A DNA stretch of 64,000 nt from Pseudomonadota bacterium (GTDB lineage Bacteria; Pseudomonadota; Gammaproteobacteria; Burkholderiales; JABEVD01): positions 36,505 to 100,504 of the forward strand of contig JAKBJU010000005.1 in NCBI GenBank assembly GCA_021835845.1, written 5' to 3'. Both the position numbers and the translations under genes were made by a program. Of this stretch, positions 39,907 to 52,277 are shown piece after piece. Each line of letters begins with the position of its first letter. The first letter of the stretch is position 1. A model generated the notes under the pieces. It was not told the DNA's origin. It searched no databases and saw nothing but the letters and a program-made list of their open reading frames with translations.

Positions 39907-41742
39907 ATGAAGCGCCTTTTCCTGTTGTACCCTTTGCTGTCCTTGCCAGTCTGGGCTGACGACAATTCACTGTTCGACGGCAGCGAGATCGTCGTCACAG
40001 CATCCAGAATGGCCCAGCCTATCGACCAGTCCCTTGAAGACATATCGGTCATCACGCAGCAGGATATCCGCTCATCCGGCGCGACTGACGTGCTCACCCT
40101 GCTTCGCAATCTTGCAGGCGTTGAAGTTACGCAAAGTGGCGGCATCGGCAAGCAAAGCAGCATCTTCATGCGGGGCACCAATTCCGATCATGTGCTCGTG
40201 CTGCTCGATGGAGTTCGCATCGATGCTGCGACGAGCGGGACGTCCGAAGTCGATCAATTGATGCTCGATCAGATCGATCATATCGAAGTGGTGAGAGGCA
40301 ATGCCAGCAGCCTTTATGGCTCGTCTGCAATTGGCGGAGTGATCCAGATATTCACCAAGAAGGGGACTGGGAAGCCAAGCTTCAACTTCAGTTCGGGCTA
40401 TGGGTCCTACAATTCCAGGCAGCTTTCATCCGGGTTCGGAGGCGTGGTTGGAAACAATCAGTTCCAGATCCAGGCATCCAAGTATGCAACAGACGGAATT
40501 CCTTCCGTCAATACTGCCCTGGCTCCCCTTGCGAATCCGGCTGCAGATGGCTATTCCAACGTGTCCCTGTCCGCGAATGTGAGTCATCGTTTCAATGAAG
40601 ACCACAAACTATCCTTTTCGGGCTTTCAAAGCCGCGGCAACAATGCCTACGCCAACTACTCGGCTGCAACACCCTCGGATGCCTACAACAACATCTCATC
40701 CATCCAGAAACTGTCCCTGATAGAGGAGGACAGCATCACTCCCGACTGGAACAGCCGGTTGATGCTTGCCGATGGCAAGGACAATGAGCGGGATTTCCTG
40801 AACGGAGCACAGATCGATCTGTATCAGACCGACAACCAGCAGGCTTCCTGGCAGAATACGGTCACGCTCAATCCGGAGGGCAAGCTCCTGATGGGTGCGG
40901 AAAAACTCGATCAGCTGGTCTCATCCACCACGCTCTTCACGCAAACGAGGCGCAATGTGGACAGTCTTTTTGCCGGCTACGACGGAAACTATGGGGCAAA
41001 TCTGATTCAAGCAAATCTCAGGCAGGATGATTATTCCGACTTCGGCGCAGCCAATACCTGGCTCCTGGGCTATGGATACCGCTTCACCAGCGCATGGCGC
41101 GCCACGGCCAGTTATTCGACTGCATTCAAGGCACCCACGTTCAGTGACCTCTATTATCCGCTGTACTACGGATACCAGGGAAACCCGAATCTGCAGCCCG
41201 AGCGCTCGCGCAACGCGGAAGCGGGGCTCCATTATGACAAGGGCAGCCAGAAGGTCGATCTCATCTATTTCAGCAACAATATCAACAACCTGATTACCAT
41301 CAATGCTGCCGGCACCACCACGGTGAACATCAACCAGGCCAAGATAGACGGCGAAGAGCTGAGCTATGATGGAAAGTTCGGCGACACGGGGCTGACTGCC
41401 TCGCTGACAGCCCAGAATCCGAGAGATGCTCTGACAGGCCAGACCTTGCCGCTCAGAGCCAAGTTCTACTCGACTCTGGGCATGACGCAGCAATACGGAA
41501 AATTGCAGCTGGGCGGGCAGTGGCAACACGGCGGTTCTCGCGATGCCATGAACTATGTGGCTTATGTGCCAGTCACGCTGCAAAGCTACAATCTGGTCAA
41601 CCTGACTGCCAACTATGCCTGGACAAAGCACTGGAACGTCAATGCGCGCATCAGCAACCTGTTCAATCAGAATTACATGCTGGTCTATCCGTATAATACC
41701 TATGGCAGAACGGTCTTTGCGAGCGTGAATTACCAGCCCTGA
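39907..41742 (+). CDS. btuB: TonB-dependent cobalamin outer-membrane receptor
   Basis: Signal peptide MKRLFLLYPLLSLPVWA, TonB box SEIVVTASR, plug motifs, and a C-terminal aromatic barrel end. Sits behind the riboswitch. Confidence 0.88.
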   Translation: MKRLFLLYPLLSLPVWADDNSLFDGSEIVVTASRMAQPIDQSLEDISVITQQDIRSSGATDVLTLLRNLAGVEVTQSGGIGKQSSIFMRGTNSDHVLVLLDGVRIDAATSGTSEVDQLMLDQIDHIEVVRGNASSLYGSSAIGGVIQIFTKKGTGKPSFNFSSGYGSYNSRQLSSGFGGVVGNNQFQIQASKYATDGIPSVNTALAPLANPAADGYSNVSLSANVSHRFNEDHKLSFSGFQSRGNNAYANYSAATPSDAYNNISSIQKLSLIEEDSITPDWNSRLMLADGKDNERDFLNGAQIDLYQTDNQQASWQNTVTLNPEGKLLMGAEKLDQLVSSTTLFTQTRRNVDSLFAGYDGNYGANLIQANLRQDDYSDFGAANTWLLGYGYRFTSAWRATASYSTAFKAPTFSDLYYPLYYGYQGNPNLQPERSRNAEAGLHYDKGSQKVDLIYFSNNINNLITINAAGTTTVNINQAKIDGEELSYDGKFGDTGLTASLTAQNPRDALTGQTLPLRAKFYSTLGMTQQYGKLQLGGQWQHGGSRDAMNYVAYVPVTLQSYNLVNLTANYAWTKHWNVNARISNLFNQNYMLVYPYNTYGRTVFASVNYQP

Positions 41743-41746
41743 AGCC

Positions 41747-42616
41747 ATGATTCGCTTTTTCCTCATTCTGTGCTGCATCCTTGCGCCGGCCTCAGTGCAA
41801 GGGGGCATCCTGGTGAAGGACGACCAGGGACTTGTGGTTTCTTTGGATAGGCCTGCCAGGCGCATAGTCAGTCTTGCGCCCAGCATCACCGAACTGCTTT
41901 ATGCTGCAGGGGCTGGAAAAAGGCTGGTCGGGGTGGTCGACTACAGCGATTACCCCGAAGCGGCTTTGACGATCGCCAGGGTAGGCGGGGCCGGGGCGCT
42001 CGACATCGAGAGGATCGCATCTCTTCGGCCGGATCTCGTGGTGGCCTGGAAAAGCGGCAATTCGCCGGGGCAGATAGCGCAGCTTGAAAAGCTAGGCATC
42101 CCGATTTATTATGCCGAGCCCAGGCATCTTTCGGACATTCCCCTGGATGTCGAAAGGCTCGGGATCCTGGCTGGCAGCGCAGAAGCTGCAACGCTTTCGG
42201 CAGCCTCATTCAGGAAGCAAATGGAGAGCTTGCGCAGTCGCTACTCCGGAAAAAAGCCAGTTTCGGTTTTCTACGAAATATGGCCGGCTCCGCTGATGAC
42301 GGTCAATCACGAACATATCATTTCCGACGTGATGCGACTTTGCAGCGCAAGAAACGTTTTCGGGAAATTGCCCGTTCTGACCCCCACGCTGGATTTCGAA
42401 TCGATATTGCAGGCGGATCCGGAAGCCATCATTGCAAGCGGGGAGGGGAGAAAACCGCCACCCTGGCTCCTGGACTGGAAAAAATGGAACATCGCCGCAT
42501 CCAGGAAGGGCAACCTCTTTTTCGTCCCAGCCGATCTCATCAGCAGGCCCGGGCCACGGATTTTGCAGGGTGCGCGGCTTTTCTGCAGCCAGGTTGACGA
42601 AGCGCGCAACAAGTAG
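41747..42616 (+). CDS. btuF: Periplasmic cobalamin-binding protein (BtuF-like, class III SBP)
   Basis: RIVSLAPSITELLYAAGAGKRLVGVVDYSDYP..RPDLVVAW. Confidence 0.75.
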   Translation: MIRFFLILCCILAPASVQGGILVKDDQGLVVSLDRPARRIVSLAPSITELLYAAGAGKRLVGVVDYSDYPEAALTIARVGGAGALDIERIASLRPDLVVAWKSGNSPGQIAQLEKLGIPIYYAEPRHLSDIPLDVERLGILAGSAEAATLSAASFRKQMESLRSRYSGKKPVSVFYEIWPAPLMTVNHEHIISDVMRLCSARNVFGKLPVLTPTLDFESILQADPEAIIASGEGRKPPPWLLDWKKWNIAASRKGNLFFVPADLISRPGPRILQGARLFCSQVDEARNK

Positions 42617-46454
<3,838 letters not shown>

Positions 46455-46748
46455 ATGCGAATCCTGCTCCTGATTCTGCTCTCCCTGATCGCCCTGGTAC
46501 AATATTCGCTTTGGCTGGGCAAGGGAGGGTGGCTTCAGGTGCGGGATCTGGACAGGCAGATCAGGGCGCAGCAGCAAGCCAACCAGAAAATGCAGGAAAG
46601 AAACGCAGCGATCGATGCTGACGTGAAGGATCTCAAGCAGGGTTATGCCGCGATCGAAGAGCGCGCAAGGAGCAAGCTGGGCATGGTCAAGGACGACGAG
46701 ATCTTTTTCCAGGTGATCAAGTCTTCTCCCCAACAGAAGGAAAAATGA
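46455..46748 (+). CDS. ftsB: Cell division protein FtsB
   Basis: 97 aa. N-terminal TM helix plus coiled coil, ..AIEERARSKLGMVKDDEIFF. Confidence 0.88.
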   Translation: MRILLLILLSLIALVQYSLWLGKGGWLQVRDLDRQIRAQQQANQKMQERNAAIDADVKDLKQGYAAIEERARSKLGMVKDDEIFFQVIKSSPQQKEK

Positions 46749-47152
46749 TACCGATTTCCCTCCGGCCTTCGATCAGCCTCGCAGCCATCCTCGCGACAGC
46801 CCATCTTGGCGCGATTTCCCTGATTCTCGTGCTCCCAATTTCAGCCAGACTTCCCCTCGTCATGCTTCTCGCGTTCAGCATGGCTTATTCGATCCTGCGT
46901 TATGCCTTCATCAGGCTCCCCGACTCCATCGTTTCCCTGAAGCTTGAAGAAAAATCCTGCATGTTTTCCATGCGCGGCGGCAGCGAAAAGAGCTGCGTCT
47001 TTCATGGAAGCAGCTACGTTTCCCCTTATCTGACCGTCCTGAACCTGAAGGAGGAGGGGAAGCGACTGATGAAATCAGTAGTCATTCTGCCTGATGCCAT
47101 CGACAGGGAGGAGTTCAGGCAACTTCGCGTCTGGTTGCGCTGGAAAGTTTGA
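46745..47152 (+). CDS. YgfX/CptA-like inner-membrane protein (DUF1434-like)
   Basis: 135 aa, two N-terminal TM helices, C-terminal ..EEFRQLRVWLRW. Same size and layout as E. coli YgfX (from memory). Confidence 0.45.
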   Translation: MIPISLRPSISLAAILATAHLGAISLILVLPISARLPLVMLLAFSMAYSILRYAFIRLPDSIVSLKLEEKSCMFSMRGGSEKSCVFHGSSYVSPYLTVLNLKEEGKRLMKSVVILPDAIDREEFRQLRVWLRWKV

Positions 47153-47153
47153 A

Positions 47154-47606
47154 TCACTTCGTCTTCCAGCTTCCATCAGCCTGCCTACAGGCTGTGCCGT
47201 AAATGGTTTCCTGCTTGCCGCCGATGATGGCTTTCGTCGTGAAATCCCGGCAGGGACCTGCCCCCGTCTCATAGGTTTTTGTCGGCGTCACGGTATAGGT
47301 GTTTCCCGTGTCCGGATTTCGCCAGCTCGTGGCTCTTCCTGTCGGGTTGCTTTCCATGGCTTGTACCGTCTTCAGCCGGTCCGTCTCGTCCATGGATCTT
47401 CCTATCGCGCTGCCGAGATAAGCGCCCGCCAACGCCCCGGCTATGATGGCGACATCCCGTCCGGTGCCCTTGCCCACCTGTGACCCCAGAACGCCCCCGA
47501 GCACCCCTCCGGTGACGGTGCCGATGTCCTGCTTGGAAGGCTGGTTGCTGCAGGATGCGAGAGATACGACCAGAATTGAAGCGGCGAGCTTATTCATCAG
47601 TTTCAT
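47154..47606 (-). CDS. Glycine-zipper lipoprotein (17-kDa surface-antigen family)
   Basis: Lipobox VSLASC. Gly zippers: [30 protein letters not shown]. Confidence 0.8.
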   Translation of the reverse strand: MKLMNKLAASILVVSLASCSNQPSKQDIGTVTGGVLGGVLGSQVGKGTGRDVAIIAGALAGAYLGSAIGRSMDETDRLKTVQAMESNPTGRATSWRNPDTGNTYTVTPTKTYETGAGPCRDFTTKAIIGGKQETIYGTACRQADGSWKTK

Positions 47607-47667
47607 TGCTGAATCTCCATGCTGTTTGACCCATTGTAGTAAACAGGATGGATTTTGCCATTCGACT

Positions 47668-48015
47668 TCAGTTTAGCGTGATTTCGCCTTCGATGTCTTC
47701 GGCTGCGTCGATGACAATGGAATGCAGGGTAACGTCAAACCACTTCCAGAAAAGTTTGAGTGTCCTGTCTGCCGGCCAGGTGTTCTCTTCCTCCGACCAT
47801 TCGGAAAGCTCGGCTTCGAAGATATTGCCGTAGATATGATCTATCGCGGCGAGCGCATCCTCGATCTCGTCGAAATCAGGAATGAGGTAGACCGTGGAAT
47901 CCGTCCTCAACTGCTCCAGGGTGATGTCGATTTCCGAGCCGGGCAGAGCCTTGATCCATTCCAGGAAAGGCTCCCGGGGCTTGACGATGGCGACGCTACG
48001 ATCAACGGCATACAT
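47668..48015 (-). CDS. Acidic hypothetical protein
   Basis: 115-aa ORF with no recognisable motif. Confidence 0.45.
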   Translation of the reverse strand: MYAVDRSVAIVKPREPFLEWIKALPGSEIDITLEQLRTDSTVYLIPDFDEIEDALAAIDHIYGNIFEAELSEWSEEENTWPADRTLKLFWKWFDVTLHSIVIDAAEDIEGEITLN

Positions 48016-48148
48016 GGCTTGAACCTCCCCCTGTGACTGGCTGATTCATTGTATATCATCCATGATGACAGCATGAAGAAAGACGCCCCTCCCGGAGTCG
48101 TGGAGGAGCGCTTCATTCTGACAAACTTGCCTGGGTCTTCAACCCGGA

Positions 48149-50185
48149 TCAGTAGCGCGAGTCGCTTGGCTTGCCGCCTTTGGGCCAATCATGGACCTTG
48201 GCCGGGAAATCGCGCCTTGGCATGTGGCTGAAATACTCGCCGACGTCCACCGCCTGCTGATCCGTCAGGCCGCCCTGGCCGATTGGAAAGGAAAAGGTGT
48301 TCGAGAGCGGCATGACATTCTTGGCAAATGCGGCTGCCGTGTAGGTCTTGGCAATCCCTGCGCCGATATTGTACGAGTCGTTGCCCCACAGCGGCGGGAA
48401 CAGATAGCTGCCATCGGCGCGCTTGATGCCTTCGCCCTGTTTTCCGTGGCAAACGGCGCAGGAATGATTATAGACTTCCTTGCCATTCGCCGCGTTCGGC
48501 ACGATGCTTTTGCTGATCTTGCCGACGCCGCGCCCGGGGATCTTCTGCTTCATCTGATAGCCATTTCGCATCCAGTCCATGTAGGCGATCATGGCGTTCA
48601 TTTCACTGGAGTTCTTGTCCAGCGGGTTGCCTGCCATCGAACGCAGCATGCAGCCATTGACGCGGTCCTTGAAGTCGATGATGCGTCCGGCACGGGGATT
48701 GTAGCTGGGAAACTGGGCCGCCACGCCGACATAAGGAGACGCAAGCGCGACTGTCCCGCCATTGATGTGGCAACTGTCGCAGTTCAGCCCATCGCCCACA
48801 TAGTTCGGCAACAATCGCTTGGTGTCGCGCATCAGGCGCATGCCGTAGATCAGCTGGCTTGCATTGGCGCTTTTCAGCATGTCTGCATAGCGCGGCGGAT
48901 TGAATTTCGGCGGCTCGGCCTTCTTCATTTCCAGCGCCTTCCTCATCTTGTGAATCTGCTCGGCAGTCACCGGGCTGCCCTTGTTGCCCCAATGGGTCCG
49001 GACAAAAGTCGCGATTTCCGCGACTTCCTGGTCATTCAGCACGGAATAGGAGGGCATAGCAAAGGCGTGCGGGGAGGAGGCGGTCAGAGGTGATGCAGAG
49101 CCAGTCAGCATGACGTGGATGAGGGATGCGGGATCCTTGGCCTGAATAGAGGTATTGCCGGCGAGCGGCGGGAAAAAGCGTGTCGCACCCTTGCCGTCCA
49201 TCTGATGGCAAGTTGCGCAGAATTGCACGTAACCGAGGCCGCCGCGGGTTGCATAGATCTCCTTGTTGGTTTGAGCGACATCCATCGACACGGCGTCCCG
49301 TCCCGGCACCTCATTCGGATTGGGAGAAAGCGAGTGGATGTACTCGCCGATCGCTGCGAGGTCCCCTTGGGTGAAATGCTGCGAGCTGAAATGGACCACT
49401 TCGGCCATGCCGCCGTAGGCTGTTCCGCGGCCATTTTCACCCGTCTTCAGGAACTGGGCGATTTCAGGACCGGTCCAGATACTGCGCAGATTGACGGCAC
49501 GCCAGTGCTCGACGTCCGCCCCGGCCAGAAACTCCTTGCCGTCGCTGCCCGAATCGCTCATGGCCTTTTCCTGGAAACCGATGCCGCGCGGGGTATGACA
49601 GGAGCCGCAGTGACCGAGCCCCTCTACAATATATGCGCCACGATTCCATTGCGGGGTGTGCGAGGCATCATAACGGAAGGGCTGGTTATCCAGGAACACC
49701 ATGTTCCAGCCTGCGAGCCCCAGGCGGATGTTGAAGGGAAACTTCATGTCATTGGGCTTGTTGGGCTGAGCAACCGGCTCGACGCCTTGCATGAGGTAGG
49801 CGTAAAGGGCTCTCATGTCGTTCTGGGCTATTTTGGCGAATGAAGGATAAGGCATGGCGGGATAAAGATTGTGGCCATCCTGTGCAACGCCGCGGCGCAT
49901 CGCGCGATCGAAATCCTCAAAAGTATAGGTGCCGATGCCATCTGTTTTGTCGGGCGTGATATTGGTGGAATGGATGACGCCGAACGGCGTTCTCATTTCC
50001 AGGCCCCCCGCCAGCGGCTTGCCGCCAGGCGCGGTATGGCAGGCGACGCAGTCGCCCAGATGAGCCAGATATTCGCCCTGCTTGACCAGATCATTGGGCG
50101 AAGGCGCTGCAGCCAGCGTGGAGCTTGCAACCATTGTTGCCAATGCGGCACCCAAAAATTTCAGCGAGGCTGTTCCCAACTTCAT
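48149..50185 (-). CDS. Five-haem periplasmic cytochrome c: ADH-type trihaem module + TsdA-like dihaem module
   Basis: Signal peptide. Haem sites CVACH, CGSCH, CATCH, CDSCH, CAVCH. The N-terminal part resembles dehydrogenase cytochrome subunits (STNITPD, LYPAMPYPSF, DMRALYAYL). The C-terminal part resembles TsdA/SoxA (FPPLWG.DSYNIGAG, QGGLTDQQA). Confidence 0.8.
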   Translation of the reverse strand: MKLGTASLKFLGAALATMVASSTLAAAPSPNDLVKQGEYLAHLGDCVACHTAPGGKPLAGGLEMRTPFGVIHSTNITPDKTDGIGTYTFEDFDRAMRRGVAQDGHNLYPAMPYPSFAKIAQNDMRALYAYLMQGVEPVAQPNKPNDMKFPFNIRLGLAGWNMVFLDNQPFRYDASHTPQWNRGAYIVEGLGHCGSCHTPRGIGFQEKAMSDSGSDGKEFLAGADVEHWRAVNLRSIWTGPEIAQFLKTGENGRGTAYGGMAEVVHFSSQHFTQGDLAAIGEYIHSLSPNPNEVPGRDAVSMDVAQTNKEIYATRGGLGYVQFCATCHQMDGKGATRFFPPLAGNTSIQAKDPASLIHVMLTGSASPLTASSPHAFAMPSYSVLNDQEVAEIATFVRTHWGNKGSPVTAEQIHKMRKALEMKKAEPPKFNPPRYADMLKSANASQLIYGMRLMRDTKRLLPNYVGDGLNCDSCHINGGTVALASPYVGVAAQFPSYNPRAGRIIDFKDRVNGCMLRSMAGNPLDKNSSEMNAMIAYMDWMRNGYQMKQKIPGRGVGKISKSIVPNAANGKEVYNHSCAVCHGKQGEGIKRADGSYLFPPLWGNDSYNIGAGIAKTYTAAAFAKNVMPLSNTFSFPIGQGGLTDQQAVDVGEYFSHMPRRDFPAKVHDWPKGGKPSDSRY

Positions 50186-50314
50186 GTATTCACTCCATCT
50201 TGTTTCGACCCAACAGGCCTCAAATTATGCAAAAAGAGCTCGGATTCGAGCCATTTCAATGGGACGGGATACCGAGATTCGATCCCGAGAGATATCGTTC
50301 AACCGAACATGCCC

Positions 50315-50337
50315 GGCCGCTCTGGTCGAGAGCGGCC
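50315..50337. other. Perfect 9-bp stem hairpin (GGCCGCTCT-N5-AGAGCGGCC) between the SBP gene and the cytochrome gene
   Basis: Read directly from the sequence. No U-tract on either strand. Confidence 0.5.
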
Positions 50338-50346
50338 GAAGCTTCA

Positions 50347-51294
50347 TTACGGGCGATACGGCTTGAAGCCGTATTGTTCGAAAATCGCCAGCGCCTTGGA
50401 GGATTTCAGGAATTCCACCCAGGCTTTTGCCGCTTCAGGATTGGGCGCATCCTTGAGCACCCCTGCCGCATAGATTGCGGTCGAATTATGCTCGGGCGCA
50501 ATCTTCACGAACGAGATGGGGTTCCCAGCATGCTTTTCCTGGAAAACGGCTTCCGAGCCCCATGTCACGCCGGCAACTGCTTTTCCTTGCATCAGGAACA
50601 TCGGACTCTGGCGGTGATGGATGTGGGTAAGGATGGTTTCTCCGTTCTTCACTTTCGTTTCATAAACGGCTTTCACCAGATCGTCTCCACCAGCCTTCTT
50701 CAGGGCAGCCTTGATTTGCCGCGCGATGCCTTCGAAAGCGGGATTGGGCATGACCAGCCTGACGCCGGGTTTGCCGAGATCCTTCAGCGAGGTAATGTGG
50801 CCTGGATTGCCCTTCGGTACCATGATGGCGAGATCATTGGTCGCATAAGGCTCGACCGCTTTCACATAGCCCTTCTCAACCATCTGCTTGACGCGCTTCA
50901 TGCCTGCGGCATAAACATCCGCCTTCACCGTCCAGGTCATGTTGCCGACCGTGATGGTGCCGCCTTTTTCAATCTGGGTGGCAAGCAAACCGGGGGGGAT
51001 GGTTTCGTAGTAAATCTTGCCCTTGTATTCAGGATGTTCCTTTTCGAATTCGGCCACCAGCGGCGCCATGGCGAAATAATAGTTTCCGCCGACGAAAACT
51101 GACAGCTTCGCATCCATGGGATTGCCGTGAAAATCCGGCAGGTTGTCGACTTCCGGGACGGTGAATTCCAGACCTCTTTCAGTGACCGGGTTGTTTCTTC
51201 CTTCGCTCCATGGCGGGTAAACATCCGAGACGGCCTGCGCCGTCGCCAGGAGGCATCCCAATCCCATGAGCGATGAAATCAGCCTTTTGTTCAT
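50347..51294 (-). CDS. Orphan periplasmic oxyanion-binding protein (ModA-like, no permease or ATPase nearby)
   Basis: The ATG at 51294 has GAGGGA 7 nt upstream. Signal peptide MNKRLISSLMGLGCLLATAQA. ModA-like blocks: TNDLAIMVPKGNP..LKDLGKPGVRLVMPNP..AGVTWGSEA..AIYAAGV..FEQYGF. Confidence 0.7.
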   Translation of the reverse strand: MNKRLISSLMGLGCLLATAQAVSDVYPPWSEGRNNPVTERGLEFTVPEVDNLPDFHGNPMDAKLSVFVGGNYYFAMAPLVAEFEKEHPEYKGKIYYETIPPGLLATQIEKGGTITVGNMTWTVKADVYAAGMKRVKQMVEKGYVKAVEPYATNDLAIMVPKGNPGHITSLKDLGKPGVRLVMPNPAFEGIARQIKAALKKAGGDDLVKAVYETKVKNGETILTHIHHRQSPMFLMQGKAVAGVTWGSEAVFQEKHAGNPISFVKIAPEHNSTAIYAAGVLKDAPNPEAAKAWVEFLKSSKALAIFEQYGFKPYRP

Positions 51295-51305
51295 GTGGTT
51301 ATCCC

Positions 51306-52091
51306 TCACTTTGCATACTGGAAGCCATGCACGCCGAGTTCCGGCAAGGTGGCCACGATGCCTGGAGTGAGAATCACGCCCGGGATCAGGTGGTTGGTGA
51401 ATTCGGCAACCATTTGCGGCACACTGAGTTTGTCAGGGTTGACACCCTTCTTGTTCAGCATGTGCGAAATCTCGAAAATCGCATTGTGGCAGGCCAGAAA
51501 GACCGCACCCCTTGCCTGGAGGGAGGCTATGGAATTATCCGCAGGTGAAAATACGCCTTCCTCGTCCTCGAAGTTTTTCGGGTCGGCGTGCGCTGCCGCA
51601 GGCACTTTCAGGAAGGTGTTTTCCTTGAATTTGTCCCCGGTCAGCTTGGAAAGCTGGTACTTGTCCCAGAGATATTGATCGTAGAGCGCCAGATGAGCGG
51701 GGCCATGGGTCGCCGAAACGCACAGGAAGTCGGGATGCTTGAATGACCATATCTGGGCATTCATTGAATTTCTCATGAGATTGAGCCAGGGGCCCGAGAT
51801 GTCCGTATTGTCCCAAACCTGCTTGACCTTGCCCTTGTACTTCATGAGGATGGTCAGGGCTTCATGATCCCATTCTTCTTCCTTGGTCAGGATCATGGGC
51901 ACTTCCTTGAAGTCGCGGCGGCGAGGCGCCTTTGCGAGAGCCTTCGTCAGTTCCTTCAGCGTCTTCGCGCCATCCGGTTCCAAAGAAGAAAGAGGGGCTT
52001 CCGCTGCCTGGGCAATGCCGCTTCCCAAAGCTACACCTGCGAGGCCGGTTTTTGCCACGATGCCCAACATATCTCGACGCGCCATATCCAT
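51306..52091 (-). CDS. Tat-exported protein of unknown function with DsrE/COG1416-like motifs
   Basis: MDMARRDMLGIVAKTGLAGVALG (twin-Arg signal). VSATHGPAHLALY and GAVFLACHNAI resemble the two conserved DsrE-like blocks (low-confidence memory match). Confidence 0.55.
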   Translation of the reverse strand: MDMARRDMLGIVAKTGLAGVALGSGIAQAAEAPLSSLEPDGAKTLKELTKALAKAPRRRDFKEVPMILTKEEEWDHEALTILMKYKGKVKQVWDNTDISGPWLNLMRNSMNAQIWSFKHPDFLCVSATHGPAHLALYDQYLWDKYQLSKLTGDKFKENTFLKVPAAAHADPKNFEDEEGVFSPADNSIASLQARGAVFLACHNAIFEISHMLNKKGVNPDKLSVPQMVAEFTNHLIPGVILTPGIVATLPELGVHGFQYAK

Positions 52092-52201
52092 GATCGGTAT
52101 TCTCCTTTGTTGTGATGGTCAATCCGGGCCGCGCTGGTTCGCAACAGGCCCTGTGCCCGCCCTGGGCATTGAATCATTCCCATTTGAGGGTGTCCCAGAA
52201 T

Positions 52202-52218
52202 TATACAGGATGAGTATA
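52202..52218. promoter_or_regulatory. LysR-type T-N11-A dyad (TATAC-N7-GTATA)
   Basis: Lies in the 186-bp divergent region between the Tat-protein gene and the lysR-family gene. A TATAAT occurs at about 52241. Confidence 0.4.
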
Positions 52219-52277
52219 GATGCATTACAAATTACGCGGGTATAATCGACCGGCAAAATAGATCGAAGGAATACAGC

